DNA from: Schmidtea polychroa
Taxonomy: Eukaryota
NCBI GenBank assembly: GCA_044892525.1
Contig: CM097885.1
Location: 246,698,001 to 246,762,000, forward strand
Length of the DNA: 64,000 nt
Reading direction: 5' to 3'
Below the pieces are notes generated by a model. That model saw nothing but the letters and a program-made list of their open reading frames with translations. It ran no database searches and was not told where the DNA came from. Position 1 is the first letter of the stretch. The number at the start of each line of letters is the position of its first letter. Positions 47,117-60,921 of the stretch are shown in pieces. A program made the translations under genes and the position numbers.

Positions 47117-47193
47117 TATCTGAAGTATTTAGAAAGAGGGGGCCTCAAAATTAGGTTGCGCTTGGGGCCTCCCAAGTACTTAATCCGCCAATG
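46566..47193 (+). mobile_element. Non-autonomous hAT derivative retaining a C-terminal dimerisation-domain remnant
   Basis: ORF 46699..46917 (FLTIPICKASADRQFSVLKRVKNYLRNSL). It has GC-rich ggggcctc subterminal motifs, and the flanks GCTTGAAA / ACTGGAAA match at 6 of 8 positions. Confidence 0.6.
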
Positions 47194-48725
47194 ACTGGAA
47201 ATATTATTAAATGATGATGCACAATAACACCTAAATCCACCAATCAAATACGATAACACTCAAACACGCACAGACACACAAAACAAAAAATAATCACAAC
47301 AGCAGATCGACCGAAACATGTAGGGTTGATCATGTTAATAATTTCACATAAATTCAAACGTCCTGCCTCTTTATTAACGTGAATAATTTTTTAGTGACTA
47401 GTTATTATAATTATTATAAGGCTATCCAATGCAAAGTTTCGAGTTAAGTAACCAGTTTATTTTGTTTTCTATAATTTTGTAAAATCCCTTTTACAATTCA
47501 GACTATATGATAAAAAAATATATTTTTAATCTCATCATCACTAAATATAACATTTACAAGTCTTTTCATGATTTATTTATTATTATAACTTTTTTTTATT
47601 TTAATGTTTTATGAAAATCAGCTTTTCTCTCGAATGATGCATGTCGAATTTTGTCAAATATTTTGACAATTATCTTTATCAATGCAAAAATACATTTGTT
47701 TAAACAATAGGTTTGATTATCTCAGTTTATAATTTGATAAATTATAATCCTGAATACCAATACGATACCTATAGGATGGTATATCATCTAGTCTCGATAG
47801 CAGAGTACCCTAACAATTCTAATTGATCCATTTCAATTTGACATCAATGCCGTACTTCAAATCATATGAATTTTATTTCTGGCAATAGTAAACAGTTTCA
47901 GCTGTTGACAAGTAAATCGAAGGCGGCAGGCATATGTATAGGTTTGATGAATGATGAATATATTGAATATCGATCGATAAAGTGCTAACAAGGACAGAAT
48001 ATGAATCTGGTTTAAGACATTTTATCAATCGGCCAAATAAATGGCACAGATTTCATACATAATATTTGTAACTGAATTGCAGTTTATTTTTATCTTGAAA
48101 TAGTTCTATGGATCACCTATTAATTCTGAAAATAGTAGATATGCTAGCATTATTCATTTTTGCAAACAAAACGTCACATGAGAGCCAGTGATACCGATGA
48201 ATATTATGACTATGCTGATGTTAATAATTTGACTTAGACCTGTCAGATTTAAAGAGTTTATTTATCTAGATTTTTATGTGACTGAATAAATATAATTAAA
48301 CAAATATCTTTAAAAAGTCTAAATAAGTGAATTGTTGATGTCTGGATTTCATTGAAATCAACTTTTCAATAAAATTTTAACAATTAAAGTTTTTCTTTCA
48401 CATGATAGTTGTTCATATTTAAAATTTAAAAGTGACTGGAACAGTGATTGGTTGAATGGGTGTATTGAGTCAGGCACTCTAATACGATTGGTTCCATTAC
48501 ACGAAATATCAAAATGTTTTCTGGAAAATGCTTCTGGTGATAAGATGATGTAGTGAAACGTCATGGGGTTTTTTCGATCTAGCAATTTTGCAGGCTATTT
48601 CTTATATAATATAAGCTGATATATAAATTAGGCTTATGTCAAACAATTTATCCATAAATAAAACAATTATATTACAATTAAACCCATTCAAATATGACAC
48701 AATATGACACAATCTCTACTACCAT

Positions 48726-49454
48726 CATGCCCGACAAGAGGGGAGGTTGACGGGTAAAATACCCGGGGCCCCGGAGAAAAAATCTATCATGATTTAAATC
48801 ACTTGATTTTTTTATGAAAAAATCATGATTTCAATTTGTAGGAACTATGTTCCTCCTTTTGTAGTGCGTGTGTGTGGGGTACGTCTGGAGAGTGTCCGTT
48901 GCCAAGATTGCTTTCGGAACAAATCTCTTTCGCCCATTGAGTTACTAAACATCATTAAAAAAATGAAACTGGATATATTGTTTCCCAACATAATAATAGC
49001 AATAAGATTATTTTGTACGATCCCTGTAACCGTTGCTGAAGTAGAACGATCCTTTAGTGTTTTAAAAAGGATAAAAGATGTTTTGAGATCCACAATGTCA
49101 CAACACCGATTGAATGATTTAGGAATGTTGTCGATTGAATCTGAAATGGCTAAGAAAATTGATTTTCAAGACGTAATTAATTTGTTTGCTAGGCGCAAGG
49201 TTCGGAAAGCAGCATTCTAAAAAATAATTTGTTTTTTGTACTTTTTTTTGTAATTTTAGTTGTAAACGTTTTCATTTTTGTAAGAGAATTATTTATGAAT
49301 ACATTGTTCCAATAACAATTAGGATATTTTTCGGTTTCCCGCTTCATTTATAAATAGCCCAAAGTCCGAGGGGAAAAATTTTTTTTCACGCTTTTGGCAG
49401 GGGCCCCCACAAGAAGTATATCCCCGGGCCCCAAAAGTCCTCTCGGCGACCCTG
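48726..49454 (+). mobile_element. Internally deleted hAT element, 729 bp
   Basis: Perfect 8-bp TSD ACTACCAT, imperfect TIRs, and FPNIIIAIRLFCTIPVTVAEVERSFSVLKRIK...LRSTMSQHRL (hAT dimerisation domain). Confidence 0.85.
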
Positions 49455-49635
49455 ACTACCATATTATATAATGATTTCACAACCATCATATTATGACCTA
49501 ATATAAAACGCTGGTTTTCTGGTATCTGCATTAATTCAGAAAAATAATTATTAAAAGATATGATAAGATTTTGCAAGTTTTAAGTTTATTCAAAAAAAAT
49601 GTAATGAGAATTTTCGACTATGAAGTAGTTTTCTT

Positions 49636-50753
49636 GGTACTTCCGTGTTATCTTACCCCCAAAAATTAAATTATAAAATACAATTAAAATAACAATATAA
49701 AAAATGAGAGAATACATTATTGATGACATTATTGAACATTATTGAACATGAATTTATTAAGGCTATCAGCGTTAGTAAATGACAAAGCCAGTGCTGTGCA
49801 GTTTTTGTAGCAACATTGAATTTTACACAACCCGCGTATTTGTAGCAATAATCACGCCATGACTTTGTCACTTAATGATCATCACGACCGCTGACGTTGT
49901 AAGAAACGTGAATGCCGGGAAGATGTACAAGTTCGACGAGGAACATGGCTACAAGGCTCCAAATTACCTTTCAGACAAATTGTACTGCTCATTTTTTGTT
50001 AGTCAAAGCAGTTGACAAGTATTAATTTCTGCGAAAATGAACTAGATATTGGCGAAAGCAGTGTCGTTGACTGGAACATGTATCTCCGTGAGGTCTGTGC
50101 AAATACATTACTGGTTAATCCAATGATAATTGGAGGTCCTAACACAACAGTTGAAATAGATAAAAGTTTATTTTCATGGCGCAAAAACCAAGTCGGTCGT
50201 GTGTTTCCCCAACAATGGGTTTTTGGTGGTATCTGTAAAGAAACTGGTGATTGTTTTTTGTACACTGTTCCAGATTGAACTGCAGCTACTTTGATGCCAA
50301 TAATAACTCAGTCTATTGCACCAGGGAGTAACATCGTATCGGACGAGTGGAGGGCGTACGCTGGAATTGCTGAGATACCAGAACAAGGTTACACACAGCA
50401 CCGTTAACCATTCACAAAATTTTGTAAACCCTGTTACCGGTGCCCACACACAAACAATTGAGAGAACGTGGAGGGCGGCAAAGGAAAGGAACAAACGACA
50501 AAATGGAACTAATACACAGATGATTGACTCGTACATGTGCGAGTTTATGTGGCGCAAACGTGTTCTAAGCAACAGTGCCGATGTGTTCGACACTATTCTC
50601 AATGACATTGTGGTTTTCTGCCCCCCTGGATGACCATTTACAAACTCTTTACAAACATTTGCTGAGTTTGTAACTGTGATTTAGAAAATAAATATAATAA
50701 TTATGTGTTCTTTTTTAATTTAATTTTTGGGGGTAAGATAACACGGTAGTACG
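49636..50753 (+). mobile_element. Merlin DNA transposon, 1,118 bp, with a disrupted transposase
   Basis: TIR GTACT.CCGTGTTATCTTACCCCCAAAAATTAAATT at both ends and a perfect 8-bp TSD GTTTTCTT. Motifs IGGPNTTVEID, QWVFGG, IVSDEW and VNHSQNFVNPVTGAHTQTIERTW are interrupted by a stop and a frameshift. Confidence 0.92.
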
Positions 50754-51913
50754 GTTTTCTTCAATCTACACAAGAAAATAAACAATTTGAAACTTTTTAT
50801 CTTTTTAATTTGCATTATCTGCATTTTATTGAGTCTTGATTTAACTTCAAAATTAAAAAATTTAAAATAATTTTCTATTGTTTTTGACAATTTCTTTCTA
50901 CAGATTTGATATTTCTACAATTATTGTAAAACATTTAATTTTATAAAATTTCAAAACACAGGACCACCATCCAAAGTCAACTATTTCATCAAAATTCGCA
51001 TAATTCCCATAAACTCTACATAATTCTCAAATAAAAATTTATAAATTACTTTTACTATTTTCAAAAATTTCTTTAAAAACTCAAAAAAATAGAATGAATA
51101 ATTTTCAGACTATCGTTATATGTTATAAATTTTATACTCTGATGTTTGATAAAACATTTCGTCTCACTATTATCAATCGAAAATCAAGTCAGATTTCTTT
51201 TGCTTCCTGAAATGTAAAAGTAAAATCTTAAAGTTCTTACTAAAAATGTGAGAATTCTCTAATCAAAAAGTAAACTTTCAGTCAAAAAGGATTTACTTCC
51301 AGTTAATAAACAAATAATGCACTGACAGACTTTTTAGCACGAGGTTAACATTTTTATCTGTATCCACTTTAACGTTTGACTATGTTTTGCTTTTGATCAA
51401 ATTGACTAATTGGGGAAATAATATTTAATTAGTATATAACTATTACATCATTAATATACAATGATTATTTTTTATTGTAGAATCAACCTACTACAACCTA
51501 CATTTATTCACTAAATCATTATTACAGAACAACATATTAAATAAATTATTCTAAAATTATTACACAACTATTATTATATATGTATTACGCCATTACCATA
51601 TTATTATCTCATCACTTTTATACAATTTTATGACACAATAATTATATTCATGATATTAAATGATTTAATTCTAAACCTGGTACATATTAATAGTATGCAA
51701 AATTATAAAATGTGCACAAATAAATGTTAAATACGTGTCCTAGTTGATATCGAAGTTATAATAGTAAAAACTGATTATTACGTTTATGCCTATTGAATGC
51801 AATTTGAAAATGTTAAGGAAATTGGTAATTATAGAGATTTTTAGTTCTTTATTTTCTTTTCGATCACGATCATATTCAAAAATTACTCCTGTTTTGCACT
51901 TCAGTATTTAAGC

Positions 51914-52728
51914 CAGGAGTGGCCAACCGGCGGCCCGCATGCTTTAATATTTTGAAAATATAATAAAAACTTTTTAAAATACGATATAATACAAAAAATG
52001 TAATAAATGCAACACAAAGAATATATAGTTAATAATTACAATACAAACTATAAAAATTTTTATCAAAAAAACGAAACCTAACCAATAAATTAAAAAGGTA
52101 AATTGCATAATTTAATAACTGTGTTACTTTTGTTGATCTTGCGCATTTCCGTGTCTACATTTGATGTTAGTATAGAAGAGCTCTCATCTGGCAAACAAGC
52201 TCAGGTTTCTCACTGAAAGACATTTGCCCTGAATAGTTAAAACGTAATGTTTTTGTGCAAGAATGTTTTTTGAATGTAAAGTTTTAAATATCTCTTTCTT
52301 TTCTTTTTTTCAGTTGGTAGCTTTACGAACTGTAGTAAAAAATGTAATAATGGGCCGCCGGTAAATATTGAACAAAATTTATTGTTTATTTCATATTTTT
52401 ATCTATTTTAACCAATTAGTTTTGTATGCTACATTTTGAAAATTTGCCCGATTCATTATGCTTTATAATCAGGGCTATCAAGTATAAATAGTGCCAGTTT
52501 ATCCTGTACCTAAGAAGCATAATTTATTTAACATGCACGCAAATGTTTATTGTTTTTTTAGCGGTTGTCTCAGACCCCACTACGGGCTATTACTGCGCTT
52601 CTCCTGTTCCTTATTTGGAATTAGCACAGAAGCATTAGTTAAAAATTTACGCCTTTCAAACCTGCGGCCCGCCGCATTATTCAAAAATATTGTAATGGCC
52701 CTTTTACCAAAAAGGTTGGCCACCCCTG
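51914..52728. mobile_element. hAT (Charlie/Buster-type) MITE, 815 bp
   Basis: TIRs CAGGAGTGGCCAACC / GGTTGGCCACCCCTG, subterminal gcggcccgc, and a perfect 8-bp TSD ATTTAAGC. Confidence 0.9.
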
Positions 52729-53168
52729 ATTTAAGCAATTGTTTATTCCTGAATTATTACTTGTTCTAAATTAATTATGAAGAATTGGGAAAGCAATCCA
52801 TCAGCTTATGAATTTCAGATTCCTTTTTTTAAATCAACCAATTAACCTATCCCTTTTAGTGTTCTTTCTCAATTTCTGACACCATGCACTTGCATTTATT
52901 TTAGAAATAAACTTTAGACCTTTTCATTATAAACCTTTGATTTTGACTCATGAAACAAATAAATTTTAAGAAAAGTTAAATTTATGTTGCTAATATTAAC
53001 TGGTTTTTAATTATTAATAAACATTGAAAAAATTATGTTTCTTTATATATTTTTTTCCGACCAATTGCATTTTCCATTTCACATTGCCTTTTCTTGAAAT
53101 GGAAACCTAAAGAAATAGATTATAATAAACTTAAAAAATTATTCTACCAGTCCTTATTTTATGTTCAG

Positions 53169-56100
53169 GTACTGTTTGTGCATTGATCAGAGATGTTGAT
53201 AGTCTAGCCGTTATTGAAACAATAGATATATATGGTTACAAATGCGGTGAAAATACGATTGAATTCGTTTTCATTGGACGGAAGAACTGCCATTCTATTA
53301 GATTTAAAGATATAAATCGCATGATAGAATTGGAAAGAATTTTGAAAAAACATGTCAACGGTAAAAAATTAGAGATTTGATTTATAAAATCTTGTGTTGA
53401 TAATTAATGATATTATATATAATATATTTTAATCATTTTGCTATAGTTGATACTTTCCTCAAAAATTACATGATGCTAGAAATTTTGTTTAAATGAACTG
53501 AGACATCGTAACAGTTACATCAGCAATTACATAATTATAGAAGTTTTACATTTAACAAGTGAAATTGTGTGACACTGATATAAGACGTACTGACTACACC
53601 AAACACCACTGAGAACCGTTTCCTATAATATAACAAAATAATCAATAAGCTTACATTATAGAAAAATACATACTTACTTTGATTTCACGTTGATGTTCTC
53701 ATTTATACTTCAGTGAGATACATCTTATACTACAGAAATCTGAAAAGTGGAAGAAAAATTAAAAACTGCACACAAATGCAACACATTCTAAAAACACATA
53801 CAAACTTTTGATTCGTAGAAATGCACCGCTGAGATACGTTTCTATAATAACTTTATTTTAGACAATTTTTAGAAAAAAAAAGATTACTGAAAATTTTTAA
53901 AAATATATTTTTAATGAAAATATCAAGAGCAGATGAATTTGGTTCAATTTCTTTTCAATCCAGATTTGATTTCCTGAAAGAAGCCATTCATATTGAGCTC
54001 AGAAAAAAAATTAAAAAAATCATTTTACTCATATTCGGCGTTTTTTCCCAAAATGTTTTAGAGAAATACATATTTTTGGTGATTGATTTATTTAATTATA
54101 ATTAAAAATATATCTGACTCACATTTTTTTGAAATAATTCCAAAATAAATAAAGATAAATGTCATAAAATTCCTAAAAAAATCCCTGAAAATTAATTAAA
54201 AATAATTTATAATTATACTGTTGATTAAAAGTAATATTTAAGAACTTGAATAATGATCTCATATTACAAATTATTTAAAATTTTTTCTGTACGACTTATA
54301 TTGTATCTATATTGTGAATATAGCCAATGATTCTAGTGATGACCTGTTGATGCTACCTAATAAGAAAACAAGGATATGTATGAATTCATAACGTATCCTA
54401 GTGTGTATGTGTGTAGAAGGTGAGTGTAAATGTAAGGTAGAAGCAGCATGGGTCGTATGTCTGTAGATTTTGAATGCTCACACACCCTACTTAATCTTCC
54501 TAATGAGTGAATCAATTTCAAATAATTTCAACAGTTTCATGTATTGTTGACTGAAAGCTCTTGCTATAATGGGGCATTTTATTAGCTAGACTCATTCGTA
54601 TTAAATGGTCATTTTAAGAATTCAAAGATTAAATTTATTTATTCAAAATTCTACCAGTTGATCAATCAAATATTTAAAATCTTCCACTTTGACGATTTTG
54701 AGTATTTTCTTAAGCATTGCTGTATTTTATTACTACTTTAAATTATCCACATGGTTTTGATTATTTAATTTAATAATAGTTGATTTTAGATATTAAAATA
54801 ATCCATTGACAATTAATATTAATAATAATAATAATAATAAGTTTGCGATATTATGTACACTTGATATTAAGTGAATTTTGTTACTAGACAAAATAATATA
54901 TCTCAAAAAAGCATTACAAGGTTTTCCAATAATCTGCCTTGTCCAAACATTTTTGAACCAATCTATTGTTCTATTTTCATTCATCCAGCCTTTTGGGTGT
55001 GCACCAATAAGAACACCACTGAGAAATTCCTCGTCATTAGGCAGTGTCTTCATTTTAGAAATAATAACAGGTGGAAGCTTAGATCGATCCCCAAACGAGA
55101 TAAAACCCCTGTGAAGTGGGAATTCTCATGCCGTTGTTTTGACAAAAACATATTTTGCACCAGCATCATTCACAGTTATGTTACTTGGAAGATCAAATTT
55201 CATTGGTGTTTCATCCATTTTTCCCAGATCTTTGGGAAGTTTTTGGACAATCTTTGTTCGTTGCTGAAGACAAAACTATGCCTGTGAATCTTGTATAAAA
55301 ACCTGCAGAGGCTAGAACGTTGTCTGATTCTTCTGTTGTTTAATTTTCATCCTTTGACATTTTTCAGGGCATGTAGTCTAATAAAATTTCTTGTCAAAAT
55401 ATATCCACTTTGGCGGCATTCAGTAAGATCTTCACTAAGATCTTTTTCAAGTGCGGAAACTTTGGCCACTCCTGTACGGCAAGCTTTTATTGCTCTAGGC
55501 ATTTCTTCTAAACTATTTTTCCTTTTCTTCCATTCTCTTACTTGCTTTTCACCAGCTTCTGCACTATTGCATTATTGCAAAACTAACCACTTGACGTTTA
55601 AAGGCAGTATCATATGATGACCGCATCTGTTTAATGGCCCCAAAACGCATTTTACTGACTTCGATAAGCAAAAAAAGTAAACTGATTTAAACAATTCAAT
55701 TAGTAATTGACACATTAAATTTATTATCAATTAATTATTGAACCATAATTATTTTAATTAAAAGTAGGTTCGCGTATAAGTTAACCCATCAATTTTGAAA
55801 AAAAAATTAATCTGAAATTACTCAGTACCCGGCGTTGCCCATGACAATATAAGTTGTACAGTAAAACGCACATTATTTTCCAAAAGTATATATTTATTTT
55901 CAACATCTATCACATGTTACAAACATTTCAAAAAAATTTTTGTTATGCAAACCAACCCCGATAAACAGCTTTTTCTTCAAACACTGTGCAATATCTTGAC
56001 CCTTAGACCCCGTTTTATCGGGTTATAACATAACTGGTTCGGGTAAGGGTTTGTAAAAAAGCATGAATATTTTGTTATTCAAACCCACCCGAACAACACA

Positions 56101-58146
56101 TTTTGTTCCTGATAATTTTCTGAATTATGCTGTTTACTGATACTTTGCTTAGTAACCAGAAAACAGGATCAACATTTTTGGGTAGAAAGTAGTCTATAAT
56201 CTCGGTCTGCAAAATTTGGTTGAGATATCTTCAGAAATTTGAACTTTTATAGCGGACATATAGACAGACAGACGCACATTCACGACAGTAACAACTAATA
56301 GCCATGTAATTCGACAGAAATGCATCTACATAAGTTACACCGACTTGTATAGGTTTCATTGAACTAAAAATATTTGAAAAATATTGATTAATTCATGTAA
56401 TAATTGAAAACTGAAAATTTAAAATATGTTCTTTTAAATTGCTCTTTAGTAATTTAAACAGCACATTTATTATCAATACAGTTTCTGATTTCATCAGCAT
56501 CAGATAATAAATGTAAGAAATTCTAATCTGAAGAACTTGTAAACATGACAATCAATTTCTTAAAGCCNNNNNNNNNNNNNNNNNNNNNNNNNNNNNNNNN
56601 NNNNNNNNNNNNNNNNNNNNNNNNNNNNNNNNNNNNNNNNNNNNNNNNNNNNNNNNNNNNNNNNNNNNNNNNNNNNNNNNNNNNNNNNNNNNNNNNNNNN
56701 NNNNNNNNNNNNNNNNNNNNNNNNNNNNNNNNNNNNNNNNNNNNNNNNNNNNNNNNNNNNNNNNNNNNNNNNNNNNNNNNNNNNNNNNNNNNNNNNNNNN
56801 NNNNNNNNNNNNNNNNNNNNTATCGTCCTTACACAGCTATATAAATTATTATAATGATCTTTTTCTATACATACGCTGATATTATATACTGAGTCCGTAA
56901 GTCTTATTACAGAAGTTTCTGTTATTTTTTTAAAAATGGACATACATAACACACATACATAACATAAGTTTCCGACATTTATTAAAATATGAAATTAATA
57001 AAACTTTCAGCGTAATTTTGAGTTTCTAAGTACCTAATACTCATTATTGCACATGTGCAACATTTACGGTTTGATATTCAACACAAACACTTAGAAACCT
57101 ATATCCTGTTGATTTCTTTTTGTGAAGTTTTATGTCAATCGTATTTCAATTTTGTTTGGAGTATTAACAGGCAGGTATTCAATGAGTTTCGATTAAAGGA
57201 ATATATTGTTTGGATATGTTTTTGATTACCAAAGATTTACTGCATCTTTTGACATATCATTTGTGTTTATGCGCAACATAGCCCTAAAAATTATGAAATG
57301 CATTTTTATCACATTCTTTAATTGATATAAGTCATAATCTGTTGCGAAATTATTTCCCATGCCCAGAAGTCATCTTAAACTAAACATGGTTAAAAATGAT
57401 CACATTTGAAACGATTCTCAAACTCAATCAGGGATGAGTATTAAGATCATTTGCTATAGTTAATTTAGTTTATAATTTCATAATTAACTTGATATCATAT
57501 ATTTTAATTTTCTAATAAATTTGATTTTTCTGCATTTCGTGTCATAATAAATACGAATTAAAATTTTTCTTTTCTTATCCTCTTCGAAATGTTTAGATGT
57601 AAATTATTTTGTCCAATTGGATGACTTTAAAAAGGGTGAATGCACTTTGACTCTGAAAGATTGGTACAGGTTTCATGTTCAGATCAATCGGATTTGTCTC
57701 ATTGCGGACAAATCCAATAGGCTTATTAAAACTTGGAATATTCATAGCATTGGTCAATTGAGTTTATGCGAATGTTATTTGACTATTGAAATAGTAAGTA
57801 GTAAAGGTATAGAAATAATGCTAAAAGTATTTTTTCAATGCAAATATATCCTAGATTCTGGACTCTATACGTTTCACCACGACAACAGTATTGTGTTGGA
57901 AAAAATTCACAATGCTTTAATCGAACGAAAACTCGAGTATAAATCATCTTTGCTTTGAACTAAATTATTCTGGAATGTTTTAGATTACCATCTCTTAAAA
58001 TCGATGGAAACTATTTAATTAAACGGAAATCAGAAGTCACAGACTTGAAAAGGTTTAATAGTTATTCTAATTCTAGTGAAATGAAGAAAACTCATCGTAT
58101 TAGAACATTAAGTTCTCTAGAGACCAATGAATATGATTATGGTTAG
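53169..58146 (+). CDS. Probable host gene, 3' exons (53169-53360, 57597-57936, 57984-58146): PH-like plus IRS/DOK-type PTB-like adaptor; 5' exons not located
   Basis: GT-AG introns of 4,236 nt (phase 1) and 47 nt (phase 2) join the frames without a stop. Segments ECTLTL...TWNIHSI...DSGLYTF resemble DOK/IRS PTB domains, and the tail ends NEYDYG. Confidence 0.5.
54860..55620 (-). pseudogene. pogo/Tigger-type transposase remnant inside the intron of the putative host gene
   Basis: Minus-strand fragments WPKFPHLEK, MDETPMKFDLPS, SKLPPVII and KTLP...GVLIGAHPKGWMNE...W...VW; multiple stops. Confidence 0.8.
55820..56290 (+). mobile_element. Possible non-autonomous Helitron/Helentron (DINE/HINE-like) fragment
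   Basis: 5' cagtacccggcgttgccc and a 3' gacagacagac microsatellite are typical of such elements; the boundaries are uncertain. Confidence 0.35.
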
Positions 58147-58422
58147 TTTAAGATTATGATTATTTTAAAATCAAGTTAGGGTTTTCACAAGTAACACTTA
58201 TTTAAATTTGATAAATGATTCTTAAAAGATAAGATATATAAAATAACAAATTTTGGTATATGTGGTTAAGTCAATAATTTCTCTAATAATCAATGTGAAA
58301 GAAAATAATTATAATTTTCTAATAATTTTCAAAGATATCATTTACAAAATATTTCTACTGGGGATATATATCATTTTATGCTTGAGTCAGACAACATTCT
58401 TGGGACCTTTGATGATGATGAA

Positions 58423-58495
<73 letters not shown>

Positions 58496-58530
58496 CAATA
58501 ATAAAACAATAAAGTGATAATTTAAGCCTT

Positions 58531-58639
58531 TTGATGCGAATAATGTATATAATGAAAAAATTTTCGACTATAAGATAGTCCTTGACAAAAACTATCTTAT
58601 AGTCGAATTTTTTTTCATTAAATACATTATTCGCAGCAA
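58531..58639. repeat. Foldback inverted repeat (~49-bp arms) next to a (TAA)n tract; a second partial copy follows the gap (~58896-58950)
   Basis: ttgatgcgaataatgtat...ttcgactataagatagt versus actatcttatagtcgaa...atacattattcgcagcaa. Confidence 0.8.
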
Positions 58640-59346
58640 NNNNNNNNNNNNNNNNNNNNNNNNNNNNNNNNNNNNNNNNNNNNNNNNNNNNNNNNNNNNN
58701 NNNNNNNNNNNNNNNNNNNNNNNNNNNNNNNNNNNNNNNNNNNNNNNNNNNNNNNNNNNNNNNNNNNNNNNNNNNNNNNNNNNNNNNNNNNNNNNNNNNN
58801 NNNNNNNNNNNNNNNNNNNNNNNNNNNNNNNNNNNNNNNNNNNNNNNNNNNNNGCAGCATTTATTATTTAAAACAATAAAATGATAATTTAAGCCTTTTG
58901 CTGCAAATAATGTATTTAATGAAAAAATTTTCGACTATACGATAGTCCTTGTCAATCTCCTGGAATTTAGCAATGTTCTTCCCCAAAATACCTTTCAATC
59001 TTTCTTATATTTCCTTTCTCTTAATTCTCATTGGTTGTAAATATAATGAATTTTTTTATTAAAAACTTTTAAAATTTTTACATTTAAAATTCCAAAATGA
59101 CACAAACTAAAAATTTTTTAATACAGCTTCTATAATTAGCTTCTAGAAACCTAATAAAATATTTCAAAATATTCTAAATAAAGCCTCCAATAACCACTTA
59201 TATATGCTATTTAAATATTTGAATAAATGTGTCAATTTTGATTTTCAAATCTTATTTTTTAAAATTCTCTATATTCTAATTATTACTTTTTAATTTATTA
59301 TATATATTTTTTTAATTTCTTTATATATTGTCAGTTATTCTCAAGG

Positions 59347-60750
59347 TCAATGACAACAGATCAAATTCATGATTTCATTGATTTCTTCTTTAGTGTTGAT
59401 CTTTGGCTGTCTGTTTATGATGAGAATTGCTTCTTTGAATCTGACATTTTTCTTTTGGATGTTTCCATTAGCTATGATTTCTATTGAAATATTTTTTCTT
59501 TCCTCTGTTGGCTGACACTGCCGGAGATGTCTGCCCAACGAGGATGTTCCACCAGGATCTAGATGTTCTTTAACTCTTTGGTGCAATGTCCTGAGTGTAC
59601 TTCCAATGTAGATTTCATTGCATGTGATGCAATAGACGATGTTTTTTCTAAAGCACATATCTTTCGGTGTCTGGCAGTTTTTCATTGTGCAATTGTTTCT
59701 GTTTTCTCAATTGAAATTGTTTTCTCTATTTATGTTGCCTGCCAGAGCCCTTCTCAATGTCCAAGATTTATGTGCTATCTGAATTTGAAGACCGGTACGT
59801 TTAAGTTCTTTCAGGATCTTGAAGTTGAGTATGTCACTGATGAATGGGATATTCAGATAGAAATATTTCTGATTCTTTTGTGTTAATTCCCTAGATCTTC
59901 TTGTGGTAGAATTCATTCTTTCAATGTCCTCACCTTGGTATCCGTTTCGGTGTAAGATTTTATTGAAATTTGATTGTTCTTTAAAGTTTTCGTTTTTTTC
60001 CGTGCATCGATTGGCTATTCTTCGTTTCTCGTTTCTTATGATATGTACTTTCTGTAAGTATGGAAGCGCTGATCTTTGGTGTATACATATTTCTTTGCGA
60101 GCTGGTTTTCTTTAGAACCCGTATGTTGGAGTATTTTCTTCTATTTTAATTCTCAAATCCAATAAATTGAGGGATCCATCTTCTTCCGGATATTCGATTT
60201 CGAACTTAATATCTCGGTGAGCCTCATTGAATGTATGAAATATTTCCTCCGCTTCTTTTCTGCTTTTGGTCGTGATTAAGATATCATCTACATATCTTGC
60301 ATAGAAACCGATGGGTTGTATGGTCCTCAGTGTCTGTCGTTCGAGGTTATCCATAAAGATGATTGCTAGCAGTCCTGATATGCTAGAACCCATAGGCAGA
60401 CCTTTAACTTGTTTATAGATATTTTGCTCAAAGGTTATTCTGTTCAGCTTCGTCACAAAAAATTCTGATCTTCCCAACTTCTACCACCTAATTAAAACTC
60501 ACAAAGAGGGTCCTGGTATCAAAATTAGACCTATAGTGTCCAACAAAAATGGACCAACAACTTAAACAAGTTGTCTCCTTGCAAAGATCTTGAAACTTTT
60601 ATTCGACACGATACCACACCATCTTCAAAGCAGCGACTGCCTCATGACAAGATTAAATAATAACATAACTTGTCACAGAGAATTCAAATACCCATTCAGT
60701 CTTGATGTCGTATATATATACTATACACATCTATCGAATCAAAAGACCCT
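59347..60750 (-). mobile_element. Penelope-like retroelement (RT plus GIY-YIG), decayed, with its RT N-terminal part inverted
   Basis: The minus strand has YKQVKGLPMGSSISG, YARYVDDI and IVYCITCNEIYIGSTLRTLHQRVKEH. The plus strand from ~60469 has LPNFYHLIKTHK...IRPIVS...SLDV. Confidence 0.9.
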
Positions 60751-60757
60751 ATTCAAT

Positions 60758-60797
<40 letters not shown>

Positions 60798-60840
60798 CTA
60801 GAATATATTTCGACAGACTCACTGTCATCGTCAGGTAGAA
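60798..60840 (-). ncRNA. Candidate minimal type I hammerhead ribozyme of the Penelope kind, probably degenerate
   Basis: The minus strand reads TTCTAC CTGACGA T GACAG-TGAGT-CTGTC GAAA TATA TT CTAG. It has both core strands, a 5-bp stem II and a palindromic stem III, but an imperfect stem I. Confidence 0.45.
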
Positions 60841-60921
60841 TTGAAATTAAAACTAAATCAATCTAGATGGTTATTTTTTAATAAACTAATTCATTAATTT
60901 TTTAAATAAAATTCTGTTTTC

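Noticed and set aside
47300-47335. CGAAACATGTAGGG, resembling the 3' half of a Penelope hammerhead
   Set aside because: The upstream CUGANGA core strand is absent.
47780-48585. Minus-strand FIKPYICLPP segment suggestive of a trypsin-like protease, plus ORF 48358..48585
   Set aside because: No catalytic His or Ser motifs were found, in-frame stops are present, and there is no consistent exon model.
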